A stretch of 64,000 nucleotides of DNA from Amoebidium appalachense. Taxonomy: Eukaryota > Protista > Ichthyosporea. The DNA is taken from the NCBI GenBank assembly GCA_963693365.1, contig CAVNZM010000007.1:6259962-6323961 (forward strand), given 5' to 3'. Positions 26,616-46,434 of the stretch are shown in pieces (the first letter of the stretch is position 1; each line of letters begins with the position of its first letter). A model generated the notes under the pieces. That model worked only from the letters and a program-made list of their open reading frames with translations, was not told the DNA's origin and ran no database searches. Both the position numbers and the translations under genes were made by a program.

Positions 26616-26750
26616 GTGAGCGCGCACGTATGCGTTCGTGGATGTGTGTGTGTGTGTGTGTGTGTGTGTGGAGGGGGACGGGGGGGTGCATGTGTGTGTG
26701 TGTGTGTGTGGGTGTGGGTGTGAGGACGGGGGGGTGCATGTGTGAGTGTG

Positions 26751-26781
<31 letters not shown>

Positions 26782-26814
26782 CTGTGTGTGTGTGTGTGTG
26801 TGTGCGTGTGCGCG

Positions 26815-26877
<63 letters not shown>

Positions 26878-27277
26878 CCGCGCACGCGTGCGGGTGTGGG
26901 TGTGTGGGTGTATGCGTGTGCGCACGGACGGGGGGGGGGGGGGGGGGGAGGGGGAAGGGGGGAAGCGCAGGTCTAGAGGTTAGCACGAGAAGAGGGGGGG
27001 GGAGAGGGGAAGGGGTCGGAGAGAGAGAGGAGGGGGGGAAGGGGGGGGGGGGGGGGGGGGGGGGAGGCAGAGAGAGGGCAAGGGGGGAGGGGAGGGGGGG
27101 GAGACAGAGAGAGAGAGGGAGGGAGAGAGGGAAAGAGAGAGACACAGAGAGAGATAGACATAGATGGGGCACACACCTAGCTGGGGCAGTCCCCTCATCA
27201 TCTGATCCTCCATCCGTTCAATCACCTCTGGTGGCACTGCCCCAGCCAAAAAAAGTCAGCGCAAGTTATGAGCACAG

Positions 27278-27318
<41 letters not shown>

Positions 27319-27530
27319 CAGGGTAGTTTTCTATGAAAATGGATCATCATTTGTGCATTCACCACATTTGCACCACACAGAGGAAAGAGGGAGGGGTGGA
27401 GGAATAAAAAAGAAAAGCGAGAGAGAAGGCACTTTGTCGCGAAGGGCATCCCAGGGGGGAGGGGGGGGGGGGGGGGGGAAGGGAGGGGTGGGGGGAGGGC
27501 GGGGGAGTGAGAGTCTCCATACTTGCATAT

Positions 27531-27569
<39 letters not shown>

Positions 27570-28078
27570 CAAGCAAACTGCAATATTCTGTGGTCCAAGG
27601 CAAAACATTGATGAGATGCATCAAACTCTTATTTGCCCCCCTCCCCCCCTCCCCCCCCCCCCCCCCCTCCCCCTTCTCTCCCGGCCATGCACCCCATCCC
27701 ACACTTCCATTTCCTTTCATTCTTACTACAGCTGTTCCTTTCCTTGCCTGTACACTCTCAAACCCCCCCCCCCCCCCTCCCCCCTCCTCCCCTTTCCCCC
27801 ATCCTCCCCCCTCCCCTTCCCAACCCCCCTCCCCATTTCACACCAGAAGCACATATTTCCCGCTCCTCCGTTCCTTGCACTAACAACCCACCTGGTTTAT
27901 CTCTAGTTCTGTTTCGTTCCAGGCACGTTCTTCCCGAAACATTGAAAACGTGGGTGATTGTTGGGTTAAACCCCTTGTCGTAGAGGTATCGAACTAGGTC
28001 GCTCCGGTGCCGTGGGTTGATGTTTGTGTCGCTCACAACGAGGTTCTTGTTTTCGCGCATCGCTTGTGTCATTTTGGC
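25987..28078 (-). pseudogene. 5'-truncated copy of the AAA_33 kinase gene (exons 3-5 only)
   Basis: Exons 28078-27892, 27236-27177 and 26132-25987 match the full gene. Exons 1-2, carrying Walker A and NRDD, lie outside the duplicated unit. Confidence 0.8.
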
Positions 28079-28168
28079 CTGTTTTGGTGTATGTTGTGTT
28101 GTGTGCGCGAGTTTGTGGGGGTGGGGGTTGGGGGGAGGGGGTGGTTTGAGGGGGTGGGTGGTAAGTGC

Positions 28169-28221
<53 letters not shown>

Positions 28222-29017
28222 TGTGTGTGTGTGTGGGCTTGCGAGGCTTGTGGGCTTGTAAGCTTTGGAGACATAGTGTATTGGTGGACACTTTAGAACT
28301 GGCTGGAAACTTTGAGGGATTTGAATGAACTTTTTGTACATGCTTTTGGCTTTTTCTTTGCTCCAATGAGAAATTCAGACCTGTACATATGGGTATCTAG
28401 TGCTAATCGATTTGCCTCGACAAATTCGCAGCCTCATCATTGAATAAAAAAAAGAGGAAAAAGTATTGTGCGAGATGTGAAAAACATATTGTGGGAACCC
28501 TTTCGGTCTGTTCTTTCTTTTTTATCTCCTCTTTGAAAATGTCTCAAAAATATCTTCTTCCCCCCCCCCCCTCCCCCCACCCCCCCCCACCCCACCCCCC
28601 ACCCCTCTTCCTCCCTACGATCCCTCCATCCCTCCCTTCCAAATCTCTCTCTCCCTCCCTTTACGCTCCCTCCCCTCTGGTTACCTGGGACAAAGCGCCC
28701 GCTGCAAACCCACTGAGGATCCAAAGCTCTCTTTCTGATAGTTATCACTGAAGAGGTGGGGAGTGGGGATGAGGATGGTTTGGGGGGGAGGGGTGGGGGG
28801 GGGGGGGGGGGGGGGGAGAATGTGGGAATCGGGGATAGAAAAAAATAAAAAAGAAAAGAAAAATAAAGAAAAGGGTGGGGAGGAGGGATCATCGGCTTCG
28901 TACCAAGGTCAGATTAAGAGATTATGGGTTACTTTTCAGTGACTAGGACTCAGCATTCGACGTGAATGGGTGTCCCGTGCTAGGGACCTAAGGAATTAGG
29001 AGGGTAGCGCGGAGGCA

Positions 29018-29051
<34 letters not shown>

Positions 29052-29530
29052 GAGGGGGGAGGGGGAAGGGGAGGAGGAGATACGTGTTCTGGGAGTGATG
29101 GGAGCTGATAGAAAAGGCAAATACTGCGGGGACGGTGGCGGCGGCGGGCAGGTGGGGGAGGGGGAGGGTGGGGGGGGGGATGGGGGGAGGGAGGGAGGGA
29201 GGACGGGAAAGGGGCTGTGAATGTTTGTGCACTATGTTGCTGTTTAAGAGAGACATATTTGAGCATTAATGGCTCTGCATAAATAGCCAGGAGAGTGCGG
29301 GAGGCGGGGGAAGGGGAGGAGGAGAAGGGGTAAGTGGGGTGGGGGTGGGGAGGGGGGGGAGGGGGGGGGGGGGGTGTGGGGGCAGCCTTTCATGCAGCTA
29401 CTTGTGAACATTGCATGTTTCTGAAGTGAAGTGAGTTGGGTTTGTACAGTTTGTGTCTTATGTGTGCGTATTTGTGTGTGTGTGTGTGTGGTAGGAAGGG
29501 TGGTGTGTGTGTGTGTGTGTCTGTGTGTTT

Positions 29531-29585
<55 letters not shown>

Positions 29586-29700
29586 AGCAAAGTGAGTGAG
29601 AGCCTGAATACCTGAAGATGTGTAGGCATTGTGTGCGGAGCTAGAAAACAGGGAGAGTCCAAACCGAGGTATAGGTCAAATGGGGAGGGGGATCCCGGGT

Positions 29701-29731
<31 letters not shown>

Positions 29732-30428
29732 GGGGGGGGAGGAGGGGGGGGGGGAGGAGCCGGAGTGGGTAGAACTTGCTGCACCATACTAAACAAGAAG
29801 CCTTTAAGACTGACATTCGGATCATGATGTAATACAACTGTTAGTTATACACAGTTTGGCACCCCAGGTGGGTGAGTGTGTGTTTGTGGGGGGGGGGGGG
29901 GGGGGGATTGATTCACGGAACGGGTCAGTAGAGAGGAGAAAGGAGGTAGATGACTCTTGCCTGGAGGCAGGCTTAGAGGGTATTCAGGTTTTATATGCCA
30001 CACCCGGTACACAGTTCGGACTCAGTAGCGAATCACTTATATACACAATGATCAGTATGGCAGCATATGATTATCAATTGGGGTACATTGCATGCTTAAC
30101 ACGAAGATCGACTAACTATTTTTGACATACATTGAACACTTCATGTTTCGTGATTAATCAACATTCGTGTAAACTTTGCCACAAGCTTCCAGATACACAG
30201 TAATGACACAGCTGTACATAAAAGGGGGGCAATGACTCAGTATCCACTTTCGCAGGGGATCACCGTCAATAACTTGATGATTAGCACGATCATTGTCTAT
30301 GCATTTACTTTCTACGCTCTATTGCCACCGCTAGGCAGGGAAACCTGCATATGTATGTATAGAGACAGCGACAAAAAAATTGTGCCCACGATACCATACC
30401 ATCCATGTGTCTGTGTCTCTCTCTTTCT

Positions 30429-30531
<103 letters not shown>

Positions 30532-30730
30532 CAAATGTGAAGCAAATACATTTGTTACCTGAGGAAAGGGTGAATTGGGGAAAACCCTGAGAACGGTGGT
30601 GGTGGGGGGGGGACAGAGGAGAGGGAAGGGGGGGGGGGGGGGGGGGGAGGACAACAAACACGGGAATAGAGAAAAACAAACACCCACAACACACAACCCA
30701 CAGGAGAATTGCCGGGTGCGTGCAGTACCC

Positions 30731-33448
<2,718 letters not shown>

Positions 33449-36274
33449 GTTAACTAACCCTTTGGTTTGTGTCGGGAATAAGTGCCCTCTTTGCCAATGG
33501 TGTTTCGTTCCCTTTCTTACTGCATAAACGTTTGTTGTTCTTTGTGCGGTTTTGGGTTTTCAAAAACGTCTGATGTATCTTGAGGGGACCTTATAAGCTT
33601 GTGCCCACTGCCCACCCCTTTTGGGCGGCGCTTCAAGTGATAGCGCAGGCCGGCCGTGCACGGCCGCGGTTGTCTGGTGCCATGCCGCCGTTTCTGGTTG
33701 GATTACCAGTGAGCCAATAAGATCACGAAAAGCTTATAACCAATGAAACATTTCAACATTTCACCATAATTAGTAAACATGGATTCCGGAACTTCAAGGT
33801 TCTAGATCTTCCGACTCGTTGAATCATTCCGAATTTCCGGCGAGCGGCTGCCTACCACCACTTGAAAAGTAGTAAGAACGCTTGCCCTTACACCAGGCTA
33901 ACAGGCAAGGAACATCTGTAAAAGAAATAATATCAAGAAATTGATGGAAAGCAAGTGAGTTGCAGGCTCGGCTCAGCTGTTTTCCAAAGTGCATTCTGTC
34001 GAACTTCTACTTATAGTAACAACATGTACATGTGTCCCTCCGGCTATCATCGAACTTAGGCTCACCAGGCAGGCTAATTTCGATTGGTTACGAACGTGGC
34101 TCCTGTTTCAGAACGCGAGCCACATAATCTATAGTGAAGTACAGCTTGCATGAGTTATATATAGCAATGCCGTGACTAATCAGGTATTATTTAGAGGGAA
34201 AAAAAAATAGCACGGAAATTTGAGCTCTCAACAAACATAAGCACTAGTTATTTACATCATGCAACACTAAGGAATCCGCGTCCCCATGCTCCGAATACGA
34301 GATTGCTCATTCGCTTAGAATCATGCTATCATTGTATCTACTCTATCTCCGTCGACCCACTGGCCAGCCGTCATCTGTGCTGAATGTTTTGCCAACGGTA
34401 GAAACTGTACATCGATATATCTGCAAACAGCCGGTTGACACTTTGTACAACACTTTGTTGCTATTGCTATTGTGATATATAAATGAGCTCAATGGCTACG
34501 CCATATCGCCAAGTCTCGGTCGGCCAGGCTCGCAGCCAGGGCTCGCTTTCGCTCGCCCTGGCGCTCGCCCTGGTTGCGGCTCGCTTCGCTCGCCGCACTG
34601 TGAGCCAGGCGCATCTCAGAGGTATATTCGGTCGCTATCAGCCAGCGAGCAGTCACATGGCACTTGTACTGATCAAGTTCCGAGCAACCGGCCCGAGCAG
34701 TCACGCGTGTACTGACTGAGGCTGGTTGGGCGTGCCCGCCGCGAAACAGCTTGCCACAAGCGCATGTTCAATACGGTCAATGGCTTGATTGGACCAAAAG
34801 CTGTGATGGAGCGCCGCGCTATAGCACTGTCAACCTGATTGGAGCGCACCATGATATCTGTACCCTGATTGGTTAGTGGATCTTTGCGGAAACAGCTTGG
34901 TCCTTCCTCTCCCGAACCCTCCGTCCATCTCCAAAGGGCCCAGCCCGAGGCTGGGAACAAGCGCGTCTAATATTAGCTATGACGTAGCTGAAGATTGCGC
35001 AAGCCTGACATGAGTGATGCCTAGTGTGTATGATCTTGCCGGACTGATATCAGCCTGTTGAGCCTTCAGTGCACAGCTCAGACTTTGATGTCGTGAGCTA
35101 GAGTAAAGTTTTAAGCGAGTCTTTTACCTTCGCCTTTTTTCACACAGAGTCTTAGCTTGATACGACAGGTGGAGGTGCGGCTGTTGTTGTACAACACTAC
35201 GTTTCACTGTGCCGAAACACAATTACATCTGCCAAAGTGCAGTACAGCAAAATGCCTGGAATGTATTTTTTTACATTCGAACTGGGGCCCCAATCAGGTG
35301 CACCCATTCCAAGGCACTCTTTTGCTTCTATGCCTCTCTCTCTTCATGTTTCAATTTTTCACGTTCATTGGACTGGCATTCTATCTGGGAGGAATGGATT
35401 TATTGTCGGGCATGCTTAAAATGGCTGTCATGGCCATATCCATTCTGCGTACGGCTGAAGCTGACAGATTTCTCAACACCATTACCACCTTTTGAAAAAG
35501 TTTACATTTTAACAAACCAGCCATTTACACTCCTCACCACATGTTACCTGCCAAAATAGCATACATCACAGTTATAATGAATCATAACGATGTTCTAAAC
35601 CATTTCACATTCATGTTAGGTACACCTAAAAAGAGTGCCAATCACACCCACCCACACTACTAAAGGTTTCTCGGCCGTAGGGTACATTATCTTATCCCCC
35701 GGGTACATTATCTTATCCCCCCCCCCCCCCCCCCCCCCCCCCCTGCCTACCCGCTTGCCCCGCCCGCCCGCTTGCCCCCGGTCCTGTGAGTCCTTCTTCT
35801 GGGCTGTGGGTGTTTTTTTTTTTTTTTCTTTTTTTTTTCCTTTTTTTGGGGGGGGGGGGGAGGGGGGAGGGGGGGGAGGGACACACACACACACCATGCA
35901 CCGTGACACGGAGACACGGAGACTACCACACGCCCACATTGTGATACACATGTGCACACACACACACACACGCACACCACGCACACAAATACACCCAGTG
36001 GCAAACGAGCACAAAATCCAATGAACACATAGCCGTGATGCACACATTTTCACACTGCAGCCCCCCTCCCCTCCCCCCTCCCCCCCCCCCCCCCTCTGCC
36101 CCCCCTCTTCCCCCTCCCCCCCCCACCACACACACACAACAAAAAAGAAAGAAAAAAAGAAAGTAAACCTCCCCGCCCATAAAAAGGACCCACAGGTCAG
36201 CGGGGGGAGGGGGGAGGGGAGGAAGGGGGGAGGTTTGGGGGACACGCACACACACACCGTGCACCGTCACACGG

Positions 36275-36306
<32 letters not shown>

Positions 36307-36608
36307 TACTACACACACAAAAACACATTGTGACAAACGAGCACAAAATCCAAATGTACACCGCATATGCACACATTTGCGCACAGCCCCCCCCCCCCCC
36401 CCCTCTCCCCCCCCCCCTCCCCCTTACCCCCCCCCCCTCCCCCCCCACCCCAAAAAAACAAAACAAAAGAACCTCCCCGCCCATAAAGAGGACCCGCAGG
36501 ACAGGGAGGGGAAAATGGGAAGAGGGGGGGGGGGGGGGGGGGAATACGCACACGCACACCATGCGCCGTCACACGGACACACAACACAAACACAGTGTCA
36601 CACACATT

Positions 36609-36665
<57 letters not shown>

Positions 36666-36830
36666 ATCAAGGAACACAACATTCTACTGTACACACAGAC
36701 ATATCCAAAAAAAGGGAAAAAAAAAAAAGAAAAAAAAAACCGTAGGCCCAAAAAGGACCCACAGGCCAGGGGGGGAGGGGGGAGGGCGGGCCACACACAC
36801 ACACACACACCGTGCACCGTGACCCGGCCG

Positions 36831-36863
<33 letters not shown>

Positions 36864-36864
36864 T

Positions 36865-36923
<59 letters not shown>

Positions 36924-37139
36924 GCACACACACACACACACACGTTGTAATACACATACGTGCACACCGTGACACACACACACACACACACACACGGTGA
37001 CAAGCGAACACAATACTTAAATTCACACACAGACATGCACACATTTTTGCACAGAAAGGTGCATAGTAGAGCCGGGGAGTGGGTGTCCGGGCACTGTGGG
37101 CCCATTAATGTAAACCGTTACACTCTTTCTTGGCCGGTT

Positions 37140-37217
<78 letters not shown>

Positions 37218-37268
37218 CTTGAAGACCAGGATACTCACCCACCCGCACCCCCCCCCCCCTCCCCTTTC

Positions 37269-37304
<36 letters not shown>

Positions 37305-37442
37305 ACACACACACACAGACAAGAAATATGATCTGCTGCACAGAAGGGCTTTTCTTGTGCACAGCCTAATAGTCATTCAGTAGTATTACTAGACTAGACT
37401 AATTTTAAGTAGGCCGCCACAGTCCCCCATCCGAATCCCACC

Positions 37443-37500
<58 letters not shown>

Positions 37501-38144
37501 TTCCTCGTTATCTTATCTTTTCCCCCGCGTCGGTAGCCCCTAGAATCTTAGTTTTTTTCAAAAATCTAGTACTTCTTATCTTATAGGTGAGTTATCTTCA
37601 ATGATCCTGAATGTTCCCCTGTAGCTCACAGGCTGATATCAGTCCGGCAAGATCATACACACTAGGCATCACTCATGTCAGGTTTGCGCAATCCTCAGCT
37701 ACGTCATGGGGCTAGACGCACCAGCATATATCGCAGGCAATGCTATGGTTTTGGTTTAATTTGCTCAGCGTGTTTAAAACATTTTAAAGTTGGTATATTA
37801 GTGGTACATATGTATTTAAATTTTGTAGTGTATGTAGTCTATGTTGTCGTGGACAACAATTGTTGAGGGGGGAGTTGTGCGTCTAGCTATGACGTAGCTG
37901 AGGATTGCGCAAGCCTGACATGAGTGATGCCTAATGTGTATGATCTTGCCGGACTGATATCAGCCTGTGATATACTATATTGTGAGCCTTCATTGTACAG
38001 CTCTCAGACTTTGATGTCGTGAGCTAGAGAGTAAAGTTCCAAGCGAGTCTTTTCCCTTTGCCTTTTTTCACACAAGAGTCCGTAGCGTGATACGACAGCT
38101 ATCACCAGCGTTATTTTTCCGTAGGAGAAAAGAAACAAGAAAAA

Positions 38145-39813
<1,669 letters not shown>

Positions 39814-40542
39814 CGATGCGTATTGTAGTAGTATACCTTGTTTGTGTACTGTTATTTACGATGTGTTGTGTTTGGTAGTGGTGTGACGCTTAGAATAATC
39901 GTATTGTAGCGGATCAAGTTGGTTTGGCTTATAGGCTCGGCTATGTATCATGGAATTTGTTTTTTTTTGTGTTTTGTGAGGAGTGCCCTCGGCTCTTCAT
40001 TTATATCCTACGCCGGGCATCCTTCTTGCTGGTGATTGGACAATGTTGATCGGAAAATGCCAATCAAAATAGAGAGAGATGGTGATTGGACAATCATGCG
40101 CACCATCCGATTGGCTATTCATTTTAAGATAATCCAATAGGATTCAAATAGCTTATCACACAGTGGCTGTACAGTGGCTCATATTGCAGATTTGGTAAGT
40201 GGGGTTGGAATCGATATAAATAACATAATTATGCTCCAACTAAAATCAGTGAGCTATAAATTTCAAATGAATATCGAGCCTATGTTTCGTCTCGCTGTTT
40301 GGCGTCGTAACGTGCTGTTGTTACGTGCATACCTTTCAGATGACGGGATTTTGTTGCACAATTGGTGATCTAACGAGCAATATCTCGTTAGCCAATAAAA
40401 ACGATCTGCATGGAAGCCAAAAGGTATATAACAGCCCAGGCCCTCAGTCAGTCTGTACACACCAGTCGCCAAACCGCCACACACCAAACTAATCATTTTC
40501 AAGACGTTTACCACATCATAAATCAAGCGACATCTCCCAAAA

Positions 40543-41992
40543 ATGTCTCTTTCCAGCATGCACAGCCTTTCCTTCGTTGTCCTGGCAGCAGCCAGTGCGC
40601 ATGCATGCAGTGATGTCCTACTCCGCCATCGTGTTTCCTCCTTCGGCCAGGCGGTTTCAGCCCGCACCATGGACTGGGGGATACCTGACCTCGACTTCAA
40701 GCTCGAGTCGTTTGGACGCGGCCACGATATCTGGGAGGATTTGAAGCCAAAGGGCTGTGAGAATTGCCCCCTCACCCGCGTGTCTGCAAAATACGGGGCC
40801 GTATTTATTAACGCTCTAGACAAAGAAGTCGTCGTGGATGGCATGAACGAAGCAGGTCTCTCAATAGGAACGCTTGCTCACCGAATCGCTAAGTATCCCC
40901 TGTACACTCCAGCTGACCCTCGCCCCATCATGCCTGTGTACAGTATGCCCGCATACATTCTCGGTACATGTGCGGACGTTGACTGTGTGCGCGAGGAGCT
41001 TGAACGGTGGCAGGTAGTGGATGCCACCCACCCGGCCCTCAGTCCGCTAGGCGGTTCCTTGGGTCTTCACTGGGTGGTGCACGATGTCAACGGGCGCACT
41101 TTGAACGTTGAGTTTGTGCCTAACGACGCAAGCGCCCTGGCACCCGAGTGCTTCGCTCGTAACGTGAAAACTCGTCCCGAAGCCGGAGCACGTATTTGCG
41201 TCTATGACAACGAGCCTGCCGTATTCACCAACAACCCGTTCTGGGAGCAGCAGCTGCAACAAGCAAACACCCGCCTGAACACCACAAACATTACCGATGT
41301 GGCACATGCCCCACGCGAGGTATTGCAGAAGGCACAGTCTGGAGCGGGGTCCTTCGAGTCTACCGACCGCTTTGTGCATCTTGTGGTGCTGCAGGAGTCC
41401 GCACGCCGGGCAAACAACCAGTGGTTGAACTGGACGGGTAGTCCCTTTGAAAAGTCGGCCGCGGTTAAAACCCCCTTCTTTCGTCAACCCAGACAGAAAT
41501 GTTGACGCGGTGGCCGAGGCGCAGCTCATGCTTGGGCGTGTCAGCCGCGCCATGGGCGGCTATGACTTCGACACGTACCGCGGCACCACGTGGTGGACCG
41601 TTGTGCGCGACCACACCAGCAGAAAGTACTACTACCGCCTGACTGCCCGGCCCAACCTCATCGAGATCGACCTTAATGATTTGGCCCTTCATGACGACGA
41701 CCGTTCTCGGCCCTCAGTGCCCATGAACACAGACATGCACCTGCCCTTTGCCTCCAAGGGTCATTATGCGCTTCTTGGACAGGCCACCCCTTCCCCTGCT
41801 GGCGTTGTTGAGGCGGCATCAGCACCATCTGCACTCGAGTGGGTGTCCTTTGGGCTGCTCGTGGTCAATTTGGTGGCTATGCTGGTTGTTGCTGCTATGG
41901 TTGGATCGCAGGTGGTGAAGGGCAGAAGGGGCCTTAGAGCTGATAATGCCACCAGTGATATCAGCAGCATTAAGGGGCCCCAAAAAGCTTAA
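40543..41992 (+). pseudogene. Ntn hydrolase copy 2, split by a +1 frameshift (real lesion or homopolymer error)
   Basis: AAAACCCCCTT at 41467-41477 versus AAAACCCCTT in copy 1. This yields ORFs 40543-41505 and 41447-41992, otherwise near-identical to copy 1. Confidence 0.75.
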
Positions 41993-42596
41993 CAATTATA
42001 TATCATATATATATATATATATATAGTAATGATTAGGGTTACATTATGACGGTGCAGTTCGAATGATTAGATATTAGTGCTTAGGTAATGGGCCGTGATA
42101 TTACTAATATGGCGAGTCGCTCTGGTGATGATAGCAATGGCAAAACGATGGCAATGCATTTATATGCGTGGTGTGAGATATATGCATTTTCATGTACATA
42201 GGTACGTGATGATTTGATGATATGCTAAATGATGAGTTCTCCGAAATAGTATTACAAGTTTTCAATTCTTCATAGTTAAAATTTTAGTCCCACGAGTTCG
42301 ACAAAGCAGTTAAAATAAACTGTTGACACCATTCTCGATTGTCCCTGTTACATACAGTCCTAACTCTCAGTGTCACACAAATGTAAAAGTAGGTTATGAT
42401 CAGGCTTAAAACGCCTCCCCTCAACCTTCCCACTTTTTAAGAACTTTAAGTCAAGCCTGTGTCCGTTTGTTTGGGTGCGGATTCACGTCATCATGGCAAA
42501 TATTTGAATTCTTAAATTGTCTGGCAGTTTGGGTGTGATTGTTCCTTGGTCACATGGGTGAACACCGTATGCCTGCAAGCCACGGCCACGCATGTA

Positions 42597-42944
42597 TGGC
42601 CCAACCACATCGGCAGGGTTAACTTGCAAAAAGCAGAATTATTCTCTTAAGAGCAGAATCACTCTGCTTTTAGGAATTATTCTGCTTTTAGCAGAATTAT
42701 TCTGCACAAAGCAGAAATATTCTGCTTTCGACAGCAGAATAATTCTGCTTATAGCAGAATAATAATGAATCTGCTTTTAGCAGATTGATTCTGCTGTTTG
42801 CAGAATATTTCTGCATATGATTCTGCTTTGCAGAATAATAGAATTCTGCTTTTGCTAAATATGTCTGCTTTTAGCAGAACAATCCTGCTTGTTGCAGAAT
42901 GATTCTGCTCGGAACAAGTTGACTCAGCTGATGTGGTGGGGCCC
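42597..42944. mobile_element. Same probable MITE in unit 2
   Basis: Left end TGGCCCAACCACATCGGCAGGGTTAACTTG, right end CAAGTTGACTCAGCTGATGTGGTGGGGCCC, with the same internal motif arrays. Confidence 0.6.
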
Positions 42945-43240
42945 CGAGTCTGTGTGTGTATGTGTGGACGACGTGTGTGTGTGACGACTGCAAGTGTGTG
43001 TGTGTGTGTGTGCGCGCGCACGCGCGTGGGCATTTGTGTGTGTACCGTGTGTGTGCTTGGAAAGATTCCTGTCTGTTTTACTTATGCCTAAAGTCATAAA
43101 TAAATGCGATGGCGAATTTCGACGTCTCTTTTGTCAGATTGATCATGTCAGTTTTCACCCCTTTTCCCTCTCCATATTTAGGGTTCCCTCCGGTCCCCTG
43201 GTTTCACTTTTTCTCCCTTTCCTCAAGGACACACAAACAC

Positions 43241-43323
<83 letters not shown>

Positions 43324-43352
43324 ACGCACGCACGCACGCACGCACGCACTCA

Positions 43353-43424
<72 letters not shown>

Positions 43425-43484
43425 CCCACGCACGCACGCACCCACGCACGCGCACACGCACACGCACACGCACACACACGCACG

Positions 43485-43534
<50 letters not shown>

Positions 43535-43653
43535 AACACACACACACACACACACACACCACACACACGCACGCACACACACTGTGACAGGCACACACAC
43601 ACGCACGCACCCGCTCACACACACCCACACACACACACACACACACACACTGT

Positions 43654-43688
<35 letters not shown>

Positions 43689-43723
43689 TGACAGGCATCC
43701 ACACACGCACGCACGCACACACA

Positions 43724-43767
<44 letters not shown>

Positions 43768-43950
43768 CATACATGTGCACACACGCGCCGCGCATGTGCA
43801 TACGAATTTCTCTCTCCCTCTCTCTCCCTCCCTCCCTCCCTCCCTCCCTCCCTCCCTCCCTCCCTTCCCTTTCGCTCTTGCTCTCTTTCTCTATTATCTC
43901 TCTCTCTATCTCTCTCTTACTCTCTCTCTCTCTCTCTCTTTTTTTCTTCG

Positions 43951-44143
<193 letters not shown>

Positions 44144-44777
44144 CTCCGCCACCCCCCCCTTTCTCTTTTGTCTCTCTCTCTCTCTCCATCCCCTCCCCCT
44201 GATCTCTTACGATCTCTCTCTCCTCCCTCTGTCTCTGGGATGAGGGGGGGGGGGGGGGTCAGGGAGGGGGGTAGAGTAGGATAAGTTGATGGTATTATCG
44301 TGGTTACAATTCGAGGAACCAAGCCAGCACATGATCGCCAGACGGAGTGTGGAAAGGTCATAATGTGTCTGCAATACCCCCTTCTAGTAGTAAATCACAA
44401 CAAACCCGTAAATAACGTTTTTAAACAACACAAACCTAAGGGGCATCTGCTGCTTTTGCCGTCAAAGGCACCTATCTTAATTGCGCAAGAAGGCCCATCC
44501 TCACCACCACAAATGTGCCGTTTTCTAACATGCAATCATCAGCGTCCTGCAGCGTCCAAAATCCTGCTCTGCCCCCCCCCCCCCCCCCTCCAAACCCCCC
44601 CCCCCTCCAAACCCCCCCTCCTCCCCCCCCCCCCCCCCCTCCCCCCTCCCCCCCCCCCCCCCACACACACACACACACACACACCCTACTTGACGGGCAC
44701 GGGATATCGGGAAGAGAGAGGCCCAGGGGTTGTTGGGAGGCCATAGGGGTACCGACTGGTACAACGTTGAGGATGAT

Positions 44778-44808
<31 letters not shown>

Positions 44809-45411
44809 GGAGGGGGGGAGGGGGGAGGGGGCAGGAGGGGGGGAGGGGGATGGAAGGGAGGGGGGGGGGGGGGGGGGGGGGGGGGAGGGGGGAGGGATGG
44901 AAGGGAGGGCCGGGGGGTGGGGGGGCCGGGGAGGGTGGGGAGGGGAGGGGGGCAGGAGGAGGTTAAGTGCCCAAAGGAAATCAAAATTGCCCACTAATGG
45001 TGATGGTACTTTACGAGAAGAAGGGATGAGCTGTTTGTTGTCAATATACCTGTTAAGCGTTAGCGATCTATGTATGTAGTGAGTGAGTGTGTGTGTGGTG
45101 GTTGTGGCTGTGGGTTTTGGGGGTTGTGGAGTTCTGTAGTCGAAAAATAGGAAGTTAATTCCGTACACACTCCGGAGGAGAACACAGGGAGTGTGGTGGG
45201 TTTGGGTGTGTGTTTTGTTTTTAGGGGGGGAGAGGGGGGAGGGGGGGAGGGGGGGTGTAACGGGGGCAGGCGGCACAAAATTTAAGGGCAGGGAAAATTT
45301 GACAGTATTTGAAGTCTCAAAAATGTGTGGATGTATGGAGGACATGAACCCCCCCCCCCCCCCCTCTTTGTTTTTTCTTTTTTCCCTTCGATTTTTTCTT
45401 TTTCTTTTTCT

Positions 45412-45450
<39 letters not shown>

Positions 45451-45899
45451 TATCAGACAACGGCCGAGCAATCGTGCAGCTGTGTCATAAGTCTTATTGT
45501 GGGTTTTGCATTTTTATTATCTTTCATACAAACACAATTTATGTTAACGTTTCAAGTTCAACATTCGCAATAGGTGATTTTCACTGTGATAACGATTTGT
45601 ATGCAACACCTATAGGATTAACTGAGGTTCGGCATTACGCCATGCCAAGTACTATAACACACACACCAAATACTATAAAAAGCCACTAATCACTGAGTTG
45701 GTTAAAAAGAAAATATCACATAACAAAAAAATAACAACACAAACACCGTCTGTCAGGTAAGGCTCAGTTCTTAGCAACACTAAAAACCAACATCATAGTA
45801 GTCATTCGCTTAATTACATTTTGAACTATTCAAAATCTACGTTCACAAACATGTTTTTTGTAGCTAGATTATACTACGTACGGCTCTAGTAAAGCCTGC

Positions 45900-46391
45900 T
45901 TAAAGCAATTGCTTTGCCACCGAGCGGATGAGGGGTGAGCCGTTCTTAAAGTCGTCGAGGTCCACGGCCCAGAACATGGCGCCCGACAGGCCCAGGGCGG
46001 TCAGGTAGTCGACCTTGACTTTAAGCGTGGCCTCGTTGTCGTAGCCCACCCACAGGCTGTCCTTGGTGCCCACCATCGTGCTGGTGTCCGTGTTGCCCGT
46101 GCACGTCATGCCCTCGCTTTGCTGGGGGGGAAGGTTTGGTCAGCACGCGGTGTAGGTTGGGTCAAAAGTGGGGATCGTTTTAAAGAGGGATGTTTTTGTG
46201 CCGAAAAACACAGGTGTGGTATTCAATGTTATGAAGGGACCTGGGGAAGGAAAAAATTGCTTGCATAAAGAGAGAGCCTACGGTGCACGTGATCGCGGGG
46301 GGGGGGGGGGGGGGGGGGGGGATGGAGGAGCTTTTTTTTTTTTTTTTTTTTTTTGGTGGTAGGTGGTGGTGGTGGTGGTGGTGGTGGTGGT

Positions 46392-46434
<43 letters not shown>

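Noticed and set aside
27758-28366. Chimeric ORF reading across the junction into kinase exon 3
   Set aside because: It has a non-ATG start, its frame depends on (CA)n length, and it lacks Walker A. There is no sign of a functional fusion.
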